DNA of 64,000 nucleotides from Candidatus Uhrbacteria bacterium (GCA_016844925.1 JAERTI010000038.1:66936-130935); one strand, 5' to 3'. Shown: positions 9,821 through 19,889, counted from the first letter of the stretch. Program-made: numbers and translations. The notes: generated from the letters alone by a model not told the origin.

Positions 9821-10306
9821 GTGTTACCATTGAATCCTATGATCAAAGAAGGAGTAAAGGCACCGGGGTTTGAACTTCCGGACCAAGAGGGAAAGACGCA
9901 CAAGCTTTCTGATTACAAGGGAACGTGGGTGTTACTGTACTTTTATCCAAAGGATGATACGCCCGGCTGCACAAAAGAAGCCTGTGCCATTCGTGATAAC
10001 TGGTCGGCATTTAAGAAGTTAGGGGTTCAAGTGTTTGGTGTGAGCGCGGATTCGGTGAGTAAACATGCAAAGTTCGCGGACAAGTATGAGCTTCCGTTTA
10101 CGCTTCTTGCTGATGAGGAGAAACAAGTTGTTGAGTCGTATGAGGTGTGGGGATTGAAGAAGTTTATGGGGCGTGAGTACATGGGGATTCATCGATCGTC
10201 CTATTTGATTGATCCAAAAGGGAAGATTGCAAAGGTGTATGAGAAGGTGAAGCCTGCCAGTCATGCCGAAGAGATTCTGCAAGACTTGAAGGAGTTAATG
10301 GGGTAG
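9821..10306 (+). CDS. bcp: thiol peroxidase, Bcp-type peroxiredoxin
   Basis: YFYPKDDTPGCTKEAC active-site region. 161 aa. Confidence 0.85.
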   Translation: MLPLNPMIKEGVKAPGFELPDQEGKTHKLSDYKGTWVLLYFYPKDDTPGCTKEACAIRDNWSAFKKLGVQVFGVSADSVSKHAKFADKYELPFTLLADEEKQVVESYEVWGLKKFMGREYMGIHRSSYLIDPKGKIAKVYEKVKPASHAEEILQDLKELMG

Positions 10307-10359
10307 CATTGAACGATCTTTTTTCTTGTTTAATAGTCGTGGTATACTATTTTTAGCTT

Positions 10360-10803
10360 ATGAAAGTTATCCTCATCCAGGACGTAACGTCTTTAGGGAA
10401 GGAGGGGGACGTCGTGCAGGTGTCCGCCGGACATGCGCAAAATTTTTTGTTTGCGCAGAACTTGGCCGTTCCCGCCACTCCCGATGCGCTTAAAAAACGA
10501 GCGGAGATTGAGAAAGCAGCAGCTCGAGCTGCGCACAAAAATCTTTCGGTCTCTGGTGATCTGGCTGCACAGCTGGAAGGTCACGAGGTTGTCCTGAAAG
10601 AAAAGGTGAGCGAGGGTGGTGTTTTGTACGCGGCTGTAACGGAGAAAGCGATCGCTTCGGCCATGAAGAAGAGTGGTCTGAAGGTGACGCAAAAAATGAT
10701 CAAACTCTCAGAGCCTATCAAGGCTCCAGGAACCTACACGGTGACTATTGAGCTCCCGCACGGTTTTGAAGCCCAAGTGAACCTCATCGTCGAAGAAAAA
10801 TAA
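10360..10803 (+). CDS. rplI: 50S ribosomal protein L9
   Basis: MKVILIQDVTSLGKEGDVVQVSAGHAQNFL N-terminal domain, 147 aa. Confidence 0.9.
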   Translation: MKVILIQDVTSLGKEGDVVQVSAGHAQNFLFAQNLAVPATPDALKKRAEIEKAAARAAHKNLSVSGDLAAQLEGHEVVLKEKVSEGGVLYAAVTEKAIASAMKKSGLKVTQKMIKLSEPIKAPGTYTVTIELPHGFEAQVNLIVEEK

Positions 10804-10850
10804 TCAAACGGGCTTCCGCCCGTTTTTGAACAATCCGTTTTGAAGAATCT

Positions 10851-12476
10851 ATGACCCATCGTTTTATTTTTGTTGTAGGAGGAGTGATGTCTGGTGTTGG
10901 TAAGGGTGTCACCACAGCTTCCATCGGGAAAATTCTCCAGTCTCGAGGATTGACGGTCACGGCGATCAAGATTGATCCGTACGTGAACGTTGATGCAGGT
11001 ACCATGAATCCTGTGGAACATGGCGAAGTGTTTGTGACTGACGATGGGGACGAGACGGATCAGGACATGGGGAACTATGAGCGTTTTCTTGATGTTGATC
11101 TGACGTCAACGAATTACATGACGACAGGGCGTGTCTATCAGACGGTCATTGAGCGCGAACGAAACCTTGAATACAAAGGGCGGTGTGTGCAGGTTGTGCC
11201 GCATATCCCTCAGGAGGTCATTGATCGTATTCGTCGTGCGGCCGCCAATGCAAAGGCAGACGTAACAATGGTTGAGATTGGTGGAACCGTGGGAGAGTAC
11301 GAAAACATTTTGTTCCTCGAGGCGGCTCGCATGATGCACTTGGCTGACCCAGAGAACGTGCAGTTTATGCTCGTGAGCTATCTGCCTGTGCCAGCGCACT
11401 TGGGTGAAATGAAGACCAAGCCGACACAACACGCCTGTCGCACATTGAACAGCGCAGGCATCCATCCGGATTTTATTGTGTGTCGTGGTCAGTACTACAT
11501 GGACGAACCTCGCCGAACGAAGCTTTCCGTGTTCTGTAACGTGAAGCCGGAGGATGTTATTTCTGCCCCTGACGTCGATTCAATCTACAAGATTCCTGCT
11601 GTGTTTGAGGAACAGGGGCTTAGCGATACGATTTTAAAGAAGTTTGGCATCAAGCCGAAGAAGGCGGACATGGCAAAGTGGGAAGCAATGTCGGAGGTCC
11701 AAGAGAAGGCCACGAAGACGGTGAAGATTGGTGTGGTGGGAAAGTATTTTGCCACAGGGGAGTACACGCTTTCTGATTCGTACATCTCGGTGATTGAGGC
11801 ATTGAAGTCTGCGTCTTGGGCAAATAAGACAGCGATTGAACTGAAATGGATCAACTCTGAGGATTTTGAAAAAGATTCGTCAGCGCTCAGCCAGCTATCT
11901 GAATACGATGGGATTCTTGTGCCCGGTGGGTTCGGAACGCGTGGCATCGAGGGGGTTATTTCCACGGTTCGATACTGTCGAGAAAATAACGTTCCGTATT
12001 TCGGTATTTGTTATGGCATGCAACTTGCCTGTGTCGAGTTTGCGCGCAATGTCCTTGGAAAGGAGGCTGCTCATACAGTGGAGGTCGACGAGCAGACGCA
12101 GGATCCAATCATTCATGTGAATCCGATGCAGCTTGAGAACATTAAAGAGAATCGGTACGGCGGTACGATGCGTCTTGGGGCCTATGACTGTGATTTGGTG
12201 AAAGGATCTGTTGCGGCTGCAGCGTACGGAAAGAAGTCGGTTTCAGAACGTCACCGTCATCGCTATGAGTTTAACAATGACTACAGAGATGAGATCGAGG
12301 AAAAGGGGATGATCGTCTCAGGTGTAAATCCACAGACGAACTTGGTAGAGATCGTTGAGATCAAAGATCATCCGTTCTTTGTGGGAGTGCAGTTCCATCC
12401 TGAGTTTAAGTCGCGACCACTGCGACCACATCCGATTTTCAAGGCGTTTATTAAGGCGGCATTAGAGAAAAAATAA
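10851..12476 (+). CDS. pyrG: CTP synthase
   Basis: N-terminal synthetase domain FVVGGVMSGVGKG. C-terminal GATase domain with a catalytic Cys region. 541 aa. Confidence 0.95.
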   Translation: MTHRFIFVVGGVMSGVGKGVTTASIGKILQSRGLTVTAIKIDPYVNVDAGTMNPVEHGEVFVTDDGDETDQDMGNYERFLDVDLTSTNYMTTGRVYQTVIERERNLEYKGRCVQVVPHIPQEVIDRIRRAAANAKADVTMVEIGGTVGEYENILFLEAARMMHLADPENVQFMLVSYLPVPAHLGEMKTKPTQHACRTLNSAGIHPDFIVCRGQYYMDEPRRTKLSVFCNVKPEDVISAPDVDSIYKIPAVFEEQGLSDTILKKFGIKPKKADMAKWEAMSEVQEKATKTVKIGVVGKYFATGEYTLSDSYISVIEALKSASWANKTAIELKWINSEDFEKDSSALSQLSEYDGILVPGGFGTRGIEGVISTVRYCRENNVPYFGICYGMQLACVEFARNVLGKEAAHTVEVDEQTQDPIIHVNPMQLENIKENRYGGTMRLGAYDCDLVKGSVAAAAYGKKSVSERHRHRYEFNNDYRDEIEEKGMIVSGVNPQTNLVEIVEIKDHPFFVGVQFHPEFKSRPLRPHPIFKAFIKAALEKK

Positions 12477-12493
12477 GAATCAAACAAGGGAAA

Positions 12494-12553
12494 CACGGTT
12501 GACAAAACCGTGTTTTTTTGCTATCTTTCGCTGTTCTCACGCATTCGACTTTC
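12494..12553 (+). promoter_or_regulatory. pyrG terminator hairpin carrying TTGACA in its loop, followed by TATCTT -10 for the downstream gene
   Basis: aaacacggTTGACAaaaccgtgttttttt, then 17 nt, then TATCTT. This is an overlapping terminator/promoter module. Confidence 0.45.
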
Positions 12554-12587
12554 ACACCTAACGGCCCTGTGCCGGGGGAGATACTTC

Positions 12588-13067
12588 ATGGAGAACGTCT
12601 ATCACCTGATCCTGGGCGCCTTCGCTCTGGTGGGTGCTGCGCTCTGGGGCAAGTTCATCTTGTCCAAGAAGCGGAACTGGATCGCGGCAGCCGTCGGGCT
12701 GAGCATTGCGGCGACGGGGCTCTTGAGCGGCTGGATGCTGCTCACGAACCGTCCGACGGAGATGCGCTTCCTCACGGAGCTCATGGGGACCGCGGGGGCC
12801 GTGTTCGTGGCCTTCAAGATCGTCACCGCCAAGGGGAACAAGAAGAACCCCTGGGTGCAGTACGGCATTCCGCTGGCCATCATCGTGTTCCTCGGGGTGA
12901 CCTGGCAGGAGCAGATCGGCAAGATGGTCTCGGGGCAGTACTCGCTCCCGGCCGCGGCCTCATCGGCGGCGCCTGCTTCCAACGCATCGTCCGCTCCTGG
13001 TCCGACCAAGAAGGAGTGCGACGAGCTGCCCGAGATGTTCCGCAAGGACTTCGGGTGCAAGAACTGA
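12588..13067 (+). CDS. hypothetical membrane protein
   Basis: Four predicted TM helices. The Ala/Ser-rich C-terminal region ends KKECDELPEMFRKDFGCKN. GC-rich relative to its flanks. Confidence 0.5.
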   Translation: MENVYHLILGAFALVGAALWGKFILSKKRNWIAAAVGLSIAATGLLSGWMLLTNRPTEMRFLTELMGTAGAVFVAFKIVTAKGNKKNPWVQYGIPLAIIVFLGVTWQEQIGKMVSGQYSLPAAASSAAPASNASSAPGPTKKECDELPEMFRKDFGCKN

Positions 13068-13205
13068 GCCCTGCGGCTCTACGCTGACCTCGTCAGTGGC
13101 AAAGTGCCCTTAGCCTTGCCACGGCGGGGTATTTTGTTTACCCACTGAACCTATTGACACAAATACAGCATTCCTTTACTATCTGCACGAAATTAACCTC
13201 TATTT

Positions 13206-13487
13206 ATGGCACATAAGAAAGCGGGTGGTTCCACCAGTCTTGGCCGTGATTCGCAGTCTAAGCGCTTAGGCGTGAAGCTTGCAGACGGCCAGGGAACACG
13301 AGCCGGACAAATTATTGTTCGTCAGCGTGGTACAAAGATCCATCCTGGAAAAAACGTTCGACGCGGCAAGGATGACACGCTGTACGCAGCTGTTGCCGGC
13401 GTTGTGAAGTTTTCACGCAAGCGCATGGAGAACTTCCACGGGGCGCTCAAGAAGCGTGTATTCGTGAACGTTGAACCAACAAAGTAA
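13206..13487 (+). CDS. rpmA: 50S ribosomal protein L27
   Basis: [24 protein letters not shown]... is a canonical L27. A TTGACA-N17-TACTAT promoter lies upstream. Confidence 0.93.
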   Translation: MAHKKAGGSTSLGRDSQSKRLGVKLADGQGTRAGQIIVRQRGTKIHPGKNVRRGKDDTLYAAVAGVVKFSRKRMENFHGALKKRVFVNVEPTK

Positions 13488-13559
13488 GCAAGAAGACATC
13501 GCCTTGGCGGTGTCTTTGTATTTGAGAATACATTCCAAAAAAGTTACCATAGAGTAGAT

Positions 13560-13796
13560 ATGACAGAGATGAACGATCAAATTGAAGCTGTTCTTGAGCA
13601 GGTTCGACCTGCTCTTCGTATGGACGGTGGGGGTATTGAACTTGTTGATTACAATGCAGAGACAGGAGTGGTGCGAGTTCGTCTGCAGGGGGCGTGCGTT
13701 GGGTGCCCCATGTCTCAGATCACATTGAAGATGGGGGTTGAGGCTGCCTTGCAAGATGCGATCCCAGAGATCAAAGAGGTTATTGCTATCAACTGA
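13560..13796 (+). CDS. NifU-like (Nfu) Fe-S cluster domain protein
   Basis: GACVGCPMSQITLKMGVE CxxC motif of the NifU C-terminal domain. Confidence 0.8.
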   Translation: MTEMNDQIEAVLEQVRPALRMDGGGIELVDYNAETGVVRVRLQGACVGCPMSQITLKMGVEAALQDAIPEIKEVIAIN

Positions 13797-13797
13797 C

Positions 13798-14193
13798 ATG
13801 CATCGACACAAAAAATCTCTTGAACAGTTCTGGAAAAACTTCCGGCAGATGTTCGTGAAAAGTAAGATGGTGCGGATTACAGCATTCATCTCATTTGTGT
13901 TTATTGCCATAACGTTCGCGCTCCCAGTGTGGCGCATTCTGCCCATGGCAAGCGAAACGCCGTTCATTGCACTTCACTACAACATCTATCTTGGCGTAGA
14001 TCGCTTTGGTCCCGTGCATTCGCTGTTTGTCCTTCCTGCCATGAGCCTCGGTTTTTTTCTGCTGAATGTATTCATTCAGGCTCATGCGTATCGAAGGCAA
14101 AAGACACTGACGTATTTTTTTGCCGCTGCGACCCCGGTGATCACGTTTATCCTCATGGTTGCTATGACTTTGATTGTGTTGATTAATCTATGA
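13798..14193 (+). CDS. hypothetical membrane protein
   Basis: The ATG is 2 nt after the nifU-like stop. Three TM helices. The stop overlaps the mraY start. Confidence 0.5.
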   Translation: MHRHKKSLEQFWKNFRQMFVKSKMVRITAFISFVFIAITFALPVWRILPMASETPFIALHYNIYLGVDRFGPVHSLFVLPAMSLGFFLLNVFIQAHAYRRQKTLTYFFAAATPVITFILMVAMTLIVLINL

Positions 14194-15245
14194 CCTTGGA
14201 ATCGTTTGAAATTGTCCGTGTTCTTCTTCTTAGTGCCGTGGCATTTGTGATTGCATTTGCTTGGGCACCGCTGTTACTTCGAGCGCTCGAGCATTGGGGG
14301 GCGGGGAAATCTATTCGTGCTGCCAGCGACGCTCCTGTCTTTGCAAGGCTCCATGCAAAGAAAAGTGGGACACCAACCATGGGGGGTATCTTGATCTGGT
14401 TTACCGTTCTTGCGATCGCCTTGGTGCTCTACTATTTGGCTCCACTACTGCCAGAGGGGTCACTCATAGCGCGGATGAACTTCCTCTCTCGCTCAGAAGT
14501 ATTGCTCCCACTCGGGGCGCTTGTTGCCTCCGCGATTGTTGGGTTTGTTGATGACTACTTTAATATTCGCGGTATTGGCCCAAAGGGGGGTGGTCTGCGC
14601 ATGCGACACCGTCTGGGAATCTATACAGCCATCGCTGTTGTGGGAGCTTGGTGGTTCCGGGTGAAGCTCGATTGGGATTTGCTTCACATTCCGTTTGTTG
14701 GCGATTTTAATATCGGCATGTGGTATGTCCCGTTTTTTATCTTGGTGATTGTTTCCACGGCGTTTTCTGTGAATGAGGCCGATGGTCTCGATGGCCTTGC
14801 TGGTGGGGCACTGCTCACGTCCTTTGGTGCCTATGCGGTCATTGCGTTTGCACAAGGACGCTACGACCTTGCGGTGTTCTGTGGAGTGATCCTCGGGGCG
14901 CTGCTTGCCTTTCTCTGGTTTAATATTCACCCAGCAAAGTTCTTCATGGGCGATACGGGAGCCATGTCCCTTGGGGTAACGCTTGGGATCGTGGCGATGC
15001 TGACGAACTCTGCATTGTTCCTTCCGATTATTGGTTTCATCTTTGTTCTGGAATCACTCTCTGTCATTGCACAGATTTTTAGCCGCAAGGTGCTCAAGCG
15101 GCGGTTATTCAAAAGCGCTCCCATTCATCACCATCTAGAAGCCATTGGGTGGCCTGAGCCGCAGATTGTGATGCGCATGTGGGTGATCTCCATGATTGCT
15201 GCGGCCGTTGGTGTTTCTTTCGTGCTCATTGATGCCTTGATTTAA
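14190..15245 (+). CDS. mraY: phospho-N-acetylmuramoyl-pentapeptide transferase
   Basis: Polytopic membrane protein with MraY motifs (DDxxN-type region, HHHLE). Confidence 0.9.
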   Translation: MTLESFEIVRVLLLSAVAFVIAFAWAPLLLRALEHWGAGKSIRAASDAPVFARLHAKKSGTPTMGGILIWFTVLAIALVLYYLAPLLPEGSLIARMNFLSRSEVLLPLGALVASAIVGFVDDYFNIRGIGPKGGGLRMRHRLGIYTAIAVVGAWWFRVKLDWDLLHIPFVGDFNIGMWYVPFFILVIVSTAFSVNEADGLDGLAGGALLTSFGAYAVIAFAQGRYDLAVFCGVILGALLAFLWFNIHPAKFFMGDTGAMSLGVTLGIVAMLTNSALFLPIIGFIFVLESLSVIAQIFSRKVLKRRLFKSAPIHHHLEAIGWPEPQIVMRMWVISMIAAAVGVSFVLIDALI

Positions 15246-16351
15246 TGTCTCGCTCAAAAGGATCAATCGATGTTTTACTGTTGGTCATTGTTGCTGTGAT
15301 CGTACTTTTTGGGCTTGTCATGCTCTTAAGTGCTTCAGCTCCAAGTGGATACTCTCAGTTTGCCGACAGTTACTACTACGTGAAGCATCAGATGATTTTT
15401 GGATTGATCCCTGGAATCGGTGCGATGGTCGCTTTCGCGCGCATTCCGTACACGTTCTGGCGTAAACATGCGTGGAATCTTCTCTTGCTTTCGATTGTGT
15501 TGCTTGTGCTCGTGTTTATTCCAGGACTCTCTGCAGGGATTGGAACGGCGCGCAGTTGGATTTCTGTTGGTGGTGTGTTTTCCTTGCAGCCATCTGAGGT
15601 CGTGAAACTGACCTTTTTGTTTTATCTCGCTGCTTGGCTCGCTCAGCGTGACAAGCATTCTGTGCGTGATGTTCAGGCCGGGTTCTTGCCCTTTGTCTTC
15701 GTGCTCGGAACCATCATGCTCTTGATGATCTTACAGCCAGACATTGGAACCATGTCCATCATCGCGGCCATGAGTCTTGTTGTCTATTTTGTTGCCGGTG
15801 CGCCGATTAGTTATGTGCTGGGATTAATCGCGGCTGGTGTGGCAGGGCTTCTGGCGCTGATTACGGCAGCCCCATATCGAGCTGCACGTTTTACAACGTT
15901 CCTACATCCTGAGCTCGATCCACAAGGGATCGGCTACCACATCAACCAGGCGCTCTTAGCGATTGGGTCTGGTGGAATCTTTGGTGTGGGTTACGGCCAT
16001 TCGCGACAGAAGTTTCAATATCTCCCTGAGGTGGCCAGCGATTCGATCTTTGCCGTGATTGGGGAAGAGATGGGCTTCATGGTTGCCGCACTGACGATTG
16101 GATTGTTCCTGTTGTTTCTCTGGCGCATCCTCGAGATTGCGAAGCGCTCTCCAGATAGTTTTGGAAAATATGTCGTGGTGGGAGTAGGGGCGTGGATTGT
16201 GATCCAAGCTTTTGTCAACATTGGTTCAATGGTCGCCCTCATGCCAATCACGGGTGTGCCGCTTCCATTTATTAGTTATGGGGGGACATCGCTGGCCATT
16301 TCGCTTGCTGCCGTGGGGGTGGTGTTAAACGTCTCTAAGAGCATGAAATGA
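15245..16351 (+). CDS. ftsW: SEDS-family peptidoglycan polymerase FtsW/RodA
   Basis: Ten TM helices and the SEDS signature. Located between mraY and murG. Confidence 0.85.
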   Translation: MSRSKGSIDVLLLVIVAVIVLFGLVMLLSASAPSGYSQFADSYYYVKHQMIFGLIPGIGAMVAFARIPYTFWRKHAWNLLLLSIVLLVLVFIPGLSAGIGTARSWISVGGVFSLQPSEVVKLTFLFYLAAWLAQRDKHSVRDVQAGFLPFVFVLGTIMLLMILQPDIGTMSIIAAMSLVVYFVAGAPISYVLGLIAAGVAGLLALITAAPYRAARFTTFLHPELDPQGIGYHINQALLAIGSGGIFGVGYGHSRQKFQYLPEVASDSIFAVIGEEMGFMVAALTIGLFLLFLWRILEIAKRSPDSFGKYVVVGVGAWIVIQAFVNIGSMVALMPITGVPLPFISYGGTSLAISLAAVGVVLNVSKSMK

Positions 16352-16352
16352 T

Positions 16353-17402
16353 ATGAAGGTGCTTTTTACCGGTGGAGGAACGATGGGCCCTGTGACGCCG
16401 CTTTTGGCTGTGCATGAGGCTCTCAAGGAAACGGATGTGCGTGTCGATGCTGTTTGGGTGGGTACACCTCATGGACCTGAACGTAGCGTGGTCGAGGCGC
16501 AGGGGATGCGTTTCTTCTCGCTTCCGGTTGCGCGACTTCCTCGCCGTCTCTCACTTGAGCTGTTGGCGTTGCCCGTGACGTTCACACGAGCCCTGTGGGG
16601 AGCATGGCGACTCCTTCATCGTGAGCGGCCGAGTGTGATTGCGTCGGCTGGGGGGTACACGGCTGTGCCGGTCATTGTGGCCGCGCGTACTCTCAAGATT
16701 CCCGTGTGGGTGCATCAGCAAGATGTAACACCGATTCTGACGAATCGACTCACAGCCCCGCTTGCCACACGTGTGACCGTTGCGTTTAAAGCTTCGACGA
16801 GCTTGTCGAAACGAGCTCAGGTCGTCGGCAACCCTGTGCGTCCAAGTGTGTTGAAAGGCGATCCTCAGCGGGCACGTGCATTTTTTGAAATTCGAAATAC
16901 TAAGCCGACGGTTCTTGTTTTTGGTGGTGGAACGGGGGCTAAGTGGATTAATGAACAGATCGATGAGATCGCCTTGAGTCTGGTTTCGCGGGCGAATGTG
17001 ATTCATCTGACAGGGAAGGGGAAGCGTGAGAACAAGAAGCGTCACCCGGATCATCACGCGCGGGAGTTTCTTGGTGGCGAGATGGCTGACGCGCTCGCGC
17101 TCGCCGATGTGGTGGTGTGCCGCGCAGGTCTTGGGACAATTACGGAGCTCGCGGCGCTTTCCAAGCCAGCGATTGTCATCCCGTTGCCACATTCACCACA
17201 AGAGGCAAACGCAGCGGCTGTGGAAGGGGCGTGTGTGGTGCTGCATGAGCATCGAACGAGCGCGGAAGACTTGCTCCGAGAAATTGAATCGCTCTTGGAC
17301 GATGCAGATGATCGAAGGGACCTTGGGGCAAAGATGCACGGCATGCTTTCAACAAACATTGCCGATGAGCTGGCACAGATGCTCATCGGGATGTCGAACT
17401 AA
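16353..17402 (+). CDS. murG: UDP-GlcNAc:lipid I N-acetylglucosaminyltransferase MurG
   Basis: N-terminal GGGTMGPVTP and a GT28 fold. 349 aa. Confidence 0.88.
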   Translation: MKVLFTGGGTMGPVTPLLAVHEALKETDVRVDAVWVGTPHGPERSVVEAQGMRFFSLPVARLPRRLSLELLALPVTFTRALWGAWRLLHRERPSVIASAGGYTAVPVIVAARTLKIPVWVHQQDVTPILTNRLTAPLATRVTVAFKASTSLSKRAQVVGNPVRPSVLKGDPQRARAFFEIRNTKPTVLVFGGGTGAKWINEQIDEIALSLVSRANVIHLTGKGKRENKKRHPDHHAREFLGGEMADALALADVVVCRAGLGTITELAALSKPAIVIPLPHSPQEANAAAVEGACVVLHEHRTSAEDLLREIESLLDDADDRRDLGAKMHGMLSTNIADELAQMLIGMSN

Positions 17403-17445
17403 CAAAACAAAAAACACACCCGACGAGGGGTGTGTTTTTCTTTCA

Positions 17446-17694
17446 CTATTCTGCTGCTGGAGCTTCAGGAGCTGGAGCGGCTGCTTCCTCTGCAGGAGCG
17501 GCTGCTTCTTCAGCTGGAGCCTCGGCTGGAGCTGCTGCTTCTTCAGCAGGAGCGGCTGCCTCTTCGGCTGGAGCGGCTGCAGGAGCCTCAGCTGGAGCCT
17601 CGGCTGCAGGAGCTGCGCCTGCGCAACCTGGGCACTTACCTTCTTCGTTAACGTCGACGCCAGCAGCGCCACAAGCAGTACATACACCTTCCAT
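17446..17694 (-). CDS. small protein with N-terminal Cys4 zinc ribbon and Ala/Pro/Glu-rich repetitive tail
   Basis: MEGVCTACG...GKCPGC followed by (AAPAEEA)n repeats. Imperfect tandem repeats are visible in the DNA at about 17460-17640. Confidence 0.5.
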   Translation of the reverse strand: MEGVCTACGAAGVDVNEEGKCPGCAGAAPAAEAPAEAPAAAPAEEAAAPAEEAAAPAEAPAEEAAAPAEEAAAPAPEAPAAE

Positions 17695-17831
17695 AGGAGT
17701 TGTTTGCGTTAGTGATTAACGGTCATCAGTATAGATCACGACCACCATCGTGGCAAATGCCCCACAAACAGAAACACGCCCATACGACAGGTCGCACAGA
17801 CGTGCTCTGTCGCGCTAGGCGCGCGCGTTGG

Positions 17832-18134
17832 TCAGGAGGCCTTGGCGGCATCCTTCGTGAGTCGGGTGATCGTTCCGGTCCGCTTGTCGGTCCGGTAGTA
17901 GATCTTGTACTTCTGGGAGAAGTCAGCCGACTGTCCCTTGATGTTGAAGCTCTGCCCGCTGCCGTCCTCGATGCCGACGTCGGTGACGTTGACGATGATC
18001 TTCAGCGACTCCCCCACGGTGAACACCACCGGGCGGGGCTTGTCGCTGGTCCTGTCGAACAGGGCCAGCATGAGGTTGTACTTGCTTGGTCCGTCCGTGA
18101 CATTGCGGAAGGCCGGGCCTTTGATCGTGGGCAT
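17832..18134 (-). CDS. hypothetical protein
   Basis: Start chosen at MPTIKGP, which has an AAGGAG RBS 8 nt upstream. GC-rich. No recognisable domain. Confidence 0.5.
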   Translation of the reverse strand: MPTIKGPAFRNVTDGPSKYNLMLALFDRTSDKPRPVVFTVGESLKIIVNVTDVGIEDGSGQSFNIKGQSADFSQKYKIYYRTDKRTGTITRLTKDAAKAS

Positions 18135-18469
18135 GCCCACTCCTTGCGTGAGAGACTCCATGACTGACGCTGGAGCCGGGCGCCTGAGACCCAAGGCGGG
18201 TCTCACAACCAAGGCATACACCAAGGTTGGACACCCCAAGATAGCCTATTTTAGGCCTTTTGTCAACCCTCAGGGGTTGCACCCAAGAACTTTTATTGCT
18301 ATATTCTGCGCGTTGGAGATCGCCCCTCAGGGCACGGCGAATCGTAAAACATCCAAAATTGGATGAGATTCCGCCGCCCGAGCGAAGCACTGAAGGAGAC
18401 GACCTAAAACGGTCGTTGACTGAAGAGCGCAGCGAGAAGGTGGAAGATCGCCAATTTTGGATGGTTTAC

Positions 18470-18545
18470 GCACCGGTAGCTCAGTTGGTAGAGCAAGGGC
18501 CTTTTAAGCCCGGGGTCGCGGGTTCGAGTCCCGCCCGGTGTACCA
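18470..18545 (+). tRNA. tRNA-Lys (anticodon TTT)
   Basis: Cloverleaf: acceptor GCACCGG pairs with CCGGTGT. D-arm is GCTC-AGTTGGTA-GAGC. Anticodon loop is CTTTTAA. T-arm is GCGGG-TTCGAGT-CCCGC. CCA is encoded. Confidence 0.85.
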
Positions 18546-18548
18546 ACA

Positions 18549-18586
18549 CAAAAGCCGACTTACAAAGTCGGCTTTTGTGTTTAGTG
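18549..18586. terminator. bidirectional terminator
   Basis: caaaagccgactttgtaagtcggcttttgtgttt. Confidence 0.7.
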
Positions 18587-18608
18587 TATACAAGGCCCTA
18601 CTTGATCC

Positions 18609-19889
18609 TTAAGACGCTCGGGAAACGTGCCTGCGTTGGTGGTAGTGGTGAATAGAGACTTTATCGAAGTGTTGTTTCGTCAGAAGGATGAGTCCTGCCA
18701 AGAGGAGGCCGAGACTCCCCACAGTAATAAACGCAAGAGATGGATTAAGCAGATCGATGAGTAATCCGATGACAATCGGGCCTGAGAGGGTGCCAAAGTC
18801 ACGCAGTGCCTCCATGATGCTATTTGTTTTCCCGTAATGACTTGGGCGTGAGAGCCGGCTCATGATGCCTTTTCCAGAGAGGCCTACAATCTCATTAACA
18901 AAACCGATACCGAGAATGGTTATCAGTAGGAAGATATAGTTCTGATCAAAAGCAAGGGCAAAGAAGAATACGGTGGTCATGCACAGGCCAAAGATGATGG
19001 AGCCAAGACGGTGATTGTCTGCCACGCGACCGATGGGGTCACCAAACAACGTGGGGATGTTCAAGAGGATGGCCATGAAGATGACTTGTGTGATAGAGGC
19101 TCCTTGGGTGAACGCAAAGATTGGAAGAACAAATTGCACCACGCTTTTAATAAATCCAAGGAAGAATACAAAGATGCCCACGACATGTAATCCAATGCCC
19201 CAATCTGTAAGTTCTTTTTTAAGACCACGGAAGAAATGTAGAGAGAGTTTGTGGTGATGAGTCTGAACGGACTGTTTGGTTGTTTGTGAGGGGAGCCAGA
19301 GCTGGATCATGAACACAGCGATCAGGCTGAATGGAATGATGAGAAGTGCGAGCCATTGGAATGAGACGTGTGGGACAATAAGAAGTCCTAAGAGCATAGC
19401 CCCTATGTAGACGAAGCTGCTGATTGAGTCGAAGTGCCCAAAGGCTGATGAGATGTGTTTATCCTTCACGGCGCGCATGTAGTACGTGGCCCGGCCGATA
19501 CTATCGAAGGCGTAGGCAAAGCCGTTAAGGAATCTCGCTACGACAATGAGAGCTGTGATACTAAAAAAAGCTGCGAGAGAATAGGAGAGACCGATGAGTG
19601 GGTAGGCAATGAGTCCTATTAGGATAATTTTCTTTGCTGAAATTTTGTCGACCAAGATTCCGGTGATGGGGAGGAAGAGGAGATAGGAGATGTCGTACGT
19701 AGCTTTTAAAAGCCCTGCGTTGGCAAAAGAATCTCCAAAAGAAAAAAGGAACAGAGGAAGGATGGGTTCGACAAAGCCCCAGCCAATCCATCGTATTCCT
19801 GTTGCCCAGGCAATAAGACTAATACCAGGTGAAAATTTTTTGTTCAGCATACGGCGTGTAGTATACAGGAGAGTTTTTGTTCTGAGCAT
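18609..19889 (-). CDS. MFS transporter
   Basis: About 12 TM helices with MFS-like N- and C-halves. The true start may be an internal Met. Confidence 0.7.
   Translation of the reverse strand: MLRTKTLLYTTRRMLNKKFSPGISLIAWATGIRWIGWGFVEPILPLFLFSFGDSFANAGLLKATYDISYLLFLPITGILVDKISAKKIILIGLIAYPLIGLSYSLAAFFSITALIVVARFLNGFAYAFDSIGRATYYMRAVKDKHISSAFGHFDSISSFVYIGAMLLGLLIVPHVSFQWLALLIIPFSLIAVFMIQLWLPSQTTKQSVQTHHHKLSLHFFRGLKKELTDWGIGLHVVGIFVFFLGFIKSVVQFVLPIFAFTQGASITQVIFMAILLNIPTLFGDPIGRVADNHRLGSIIFGLCMTTVFFFALAFDQNYIFLLITILGIGFVNEIVGLSGKGIMSRLSRPSHYGKTNSIMEALRDFGTLSGPIVIGLLIDLLNPSLAFITVGSLGLLLAGLILLTKQHFDKVSIHHYHQRRHVSRAS

Noticed and set aside
17349-17719. Alternative-frame ORFs (Leu/Gln-rich and Ala/Gly/Ser-rich) over the tandem-repeat DNA
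   Set aside because: These are different readings of the same repeat. Only the minus frame 17446-17694 has a structured N-terminal zinc ribbon and a start context.
18260-18655. 131-aa ORF spanning tRNA-Lys
   Set aside because: It overlaps a well-formed tRNA and its terminator, so it is not coding.
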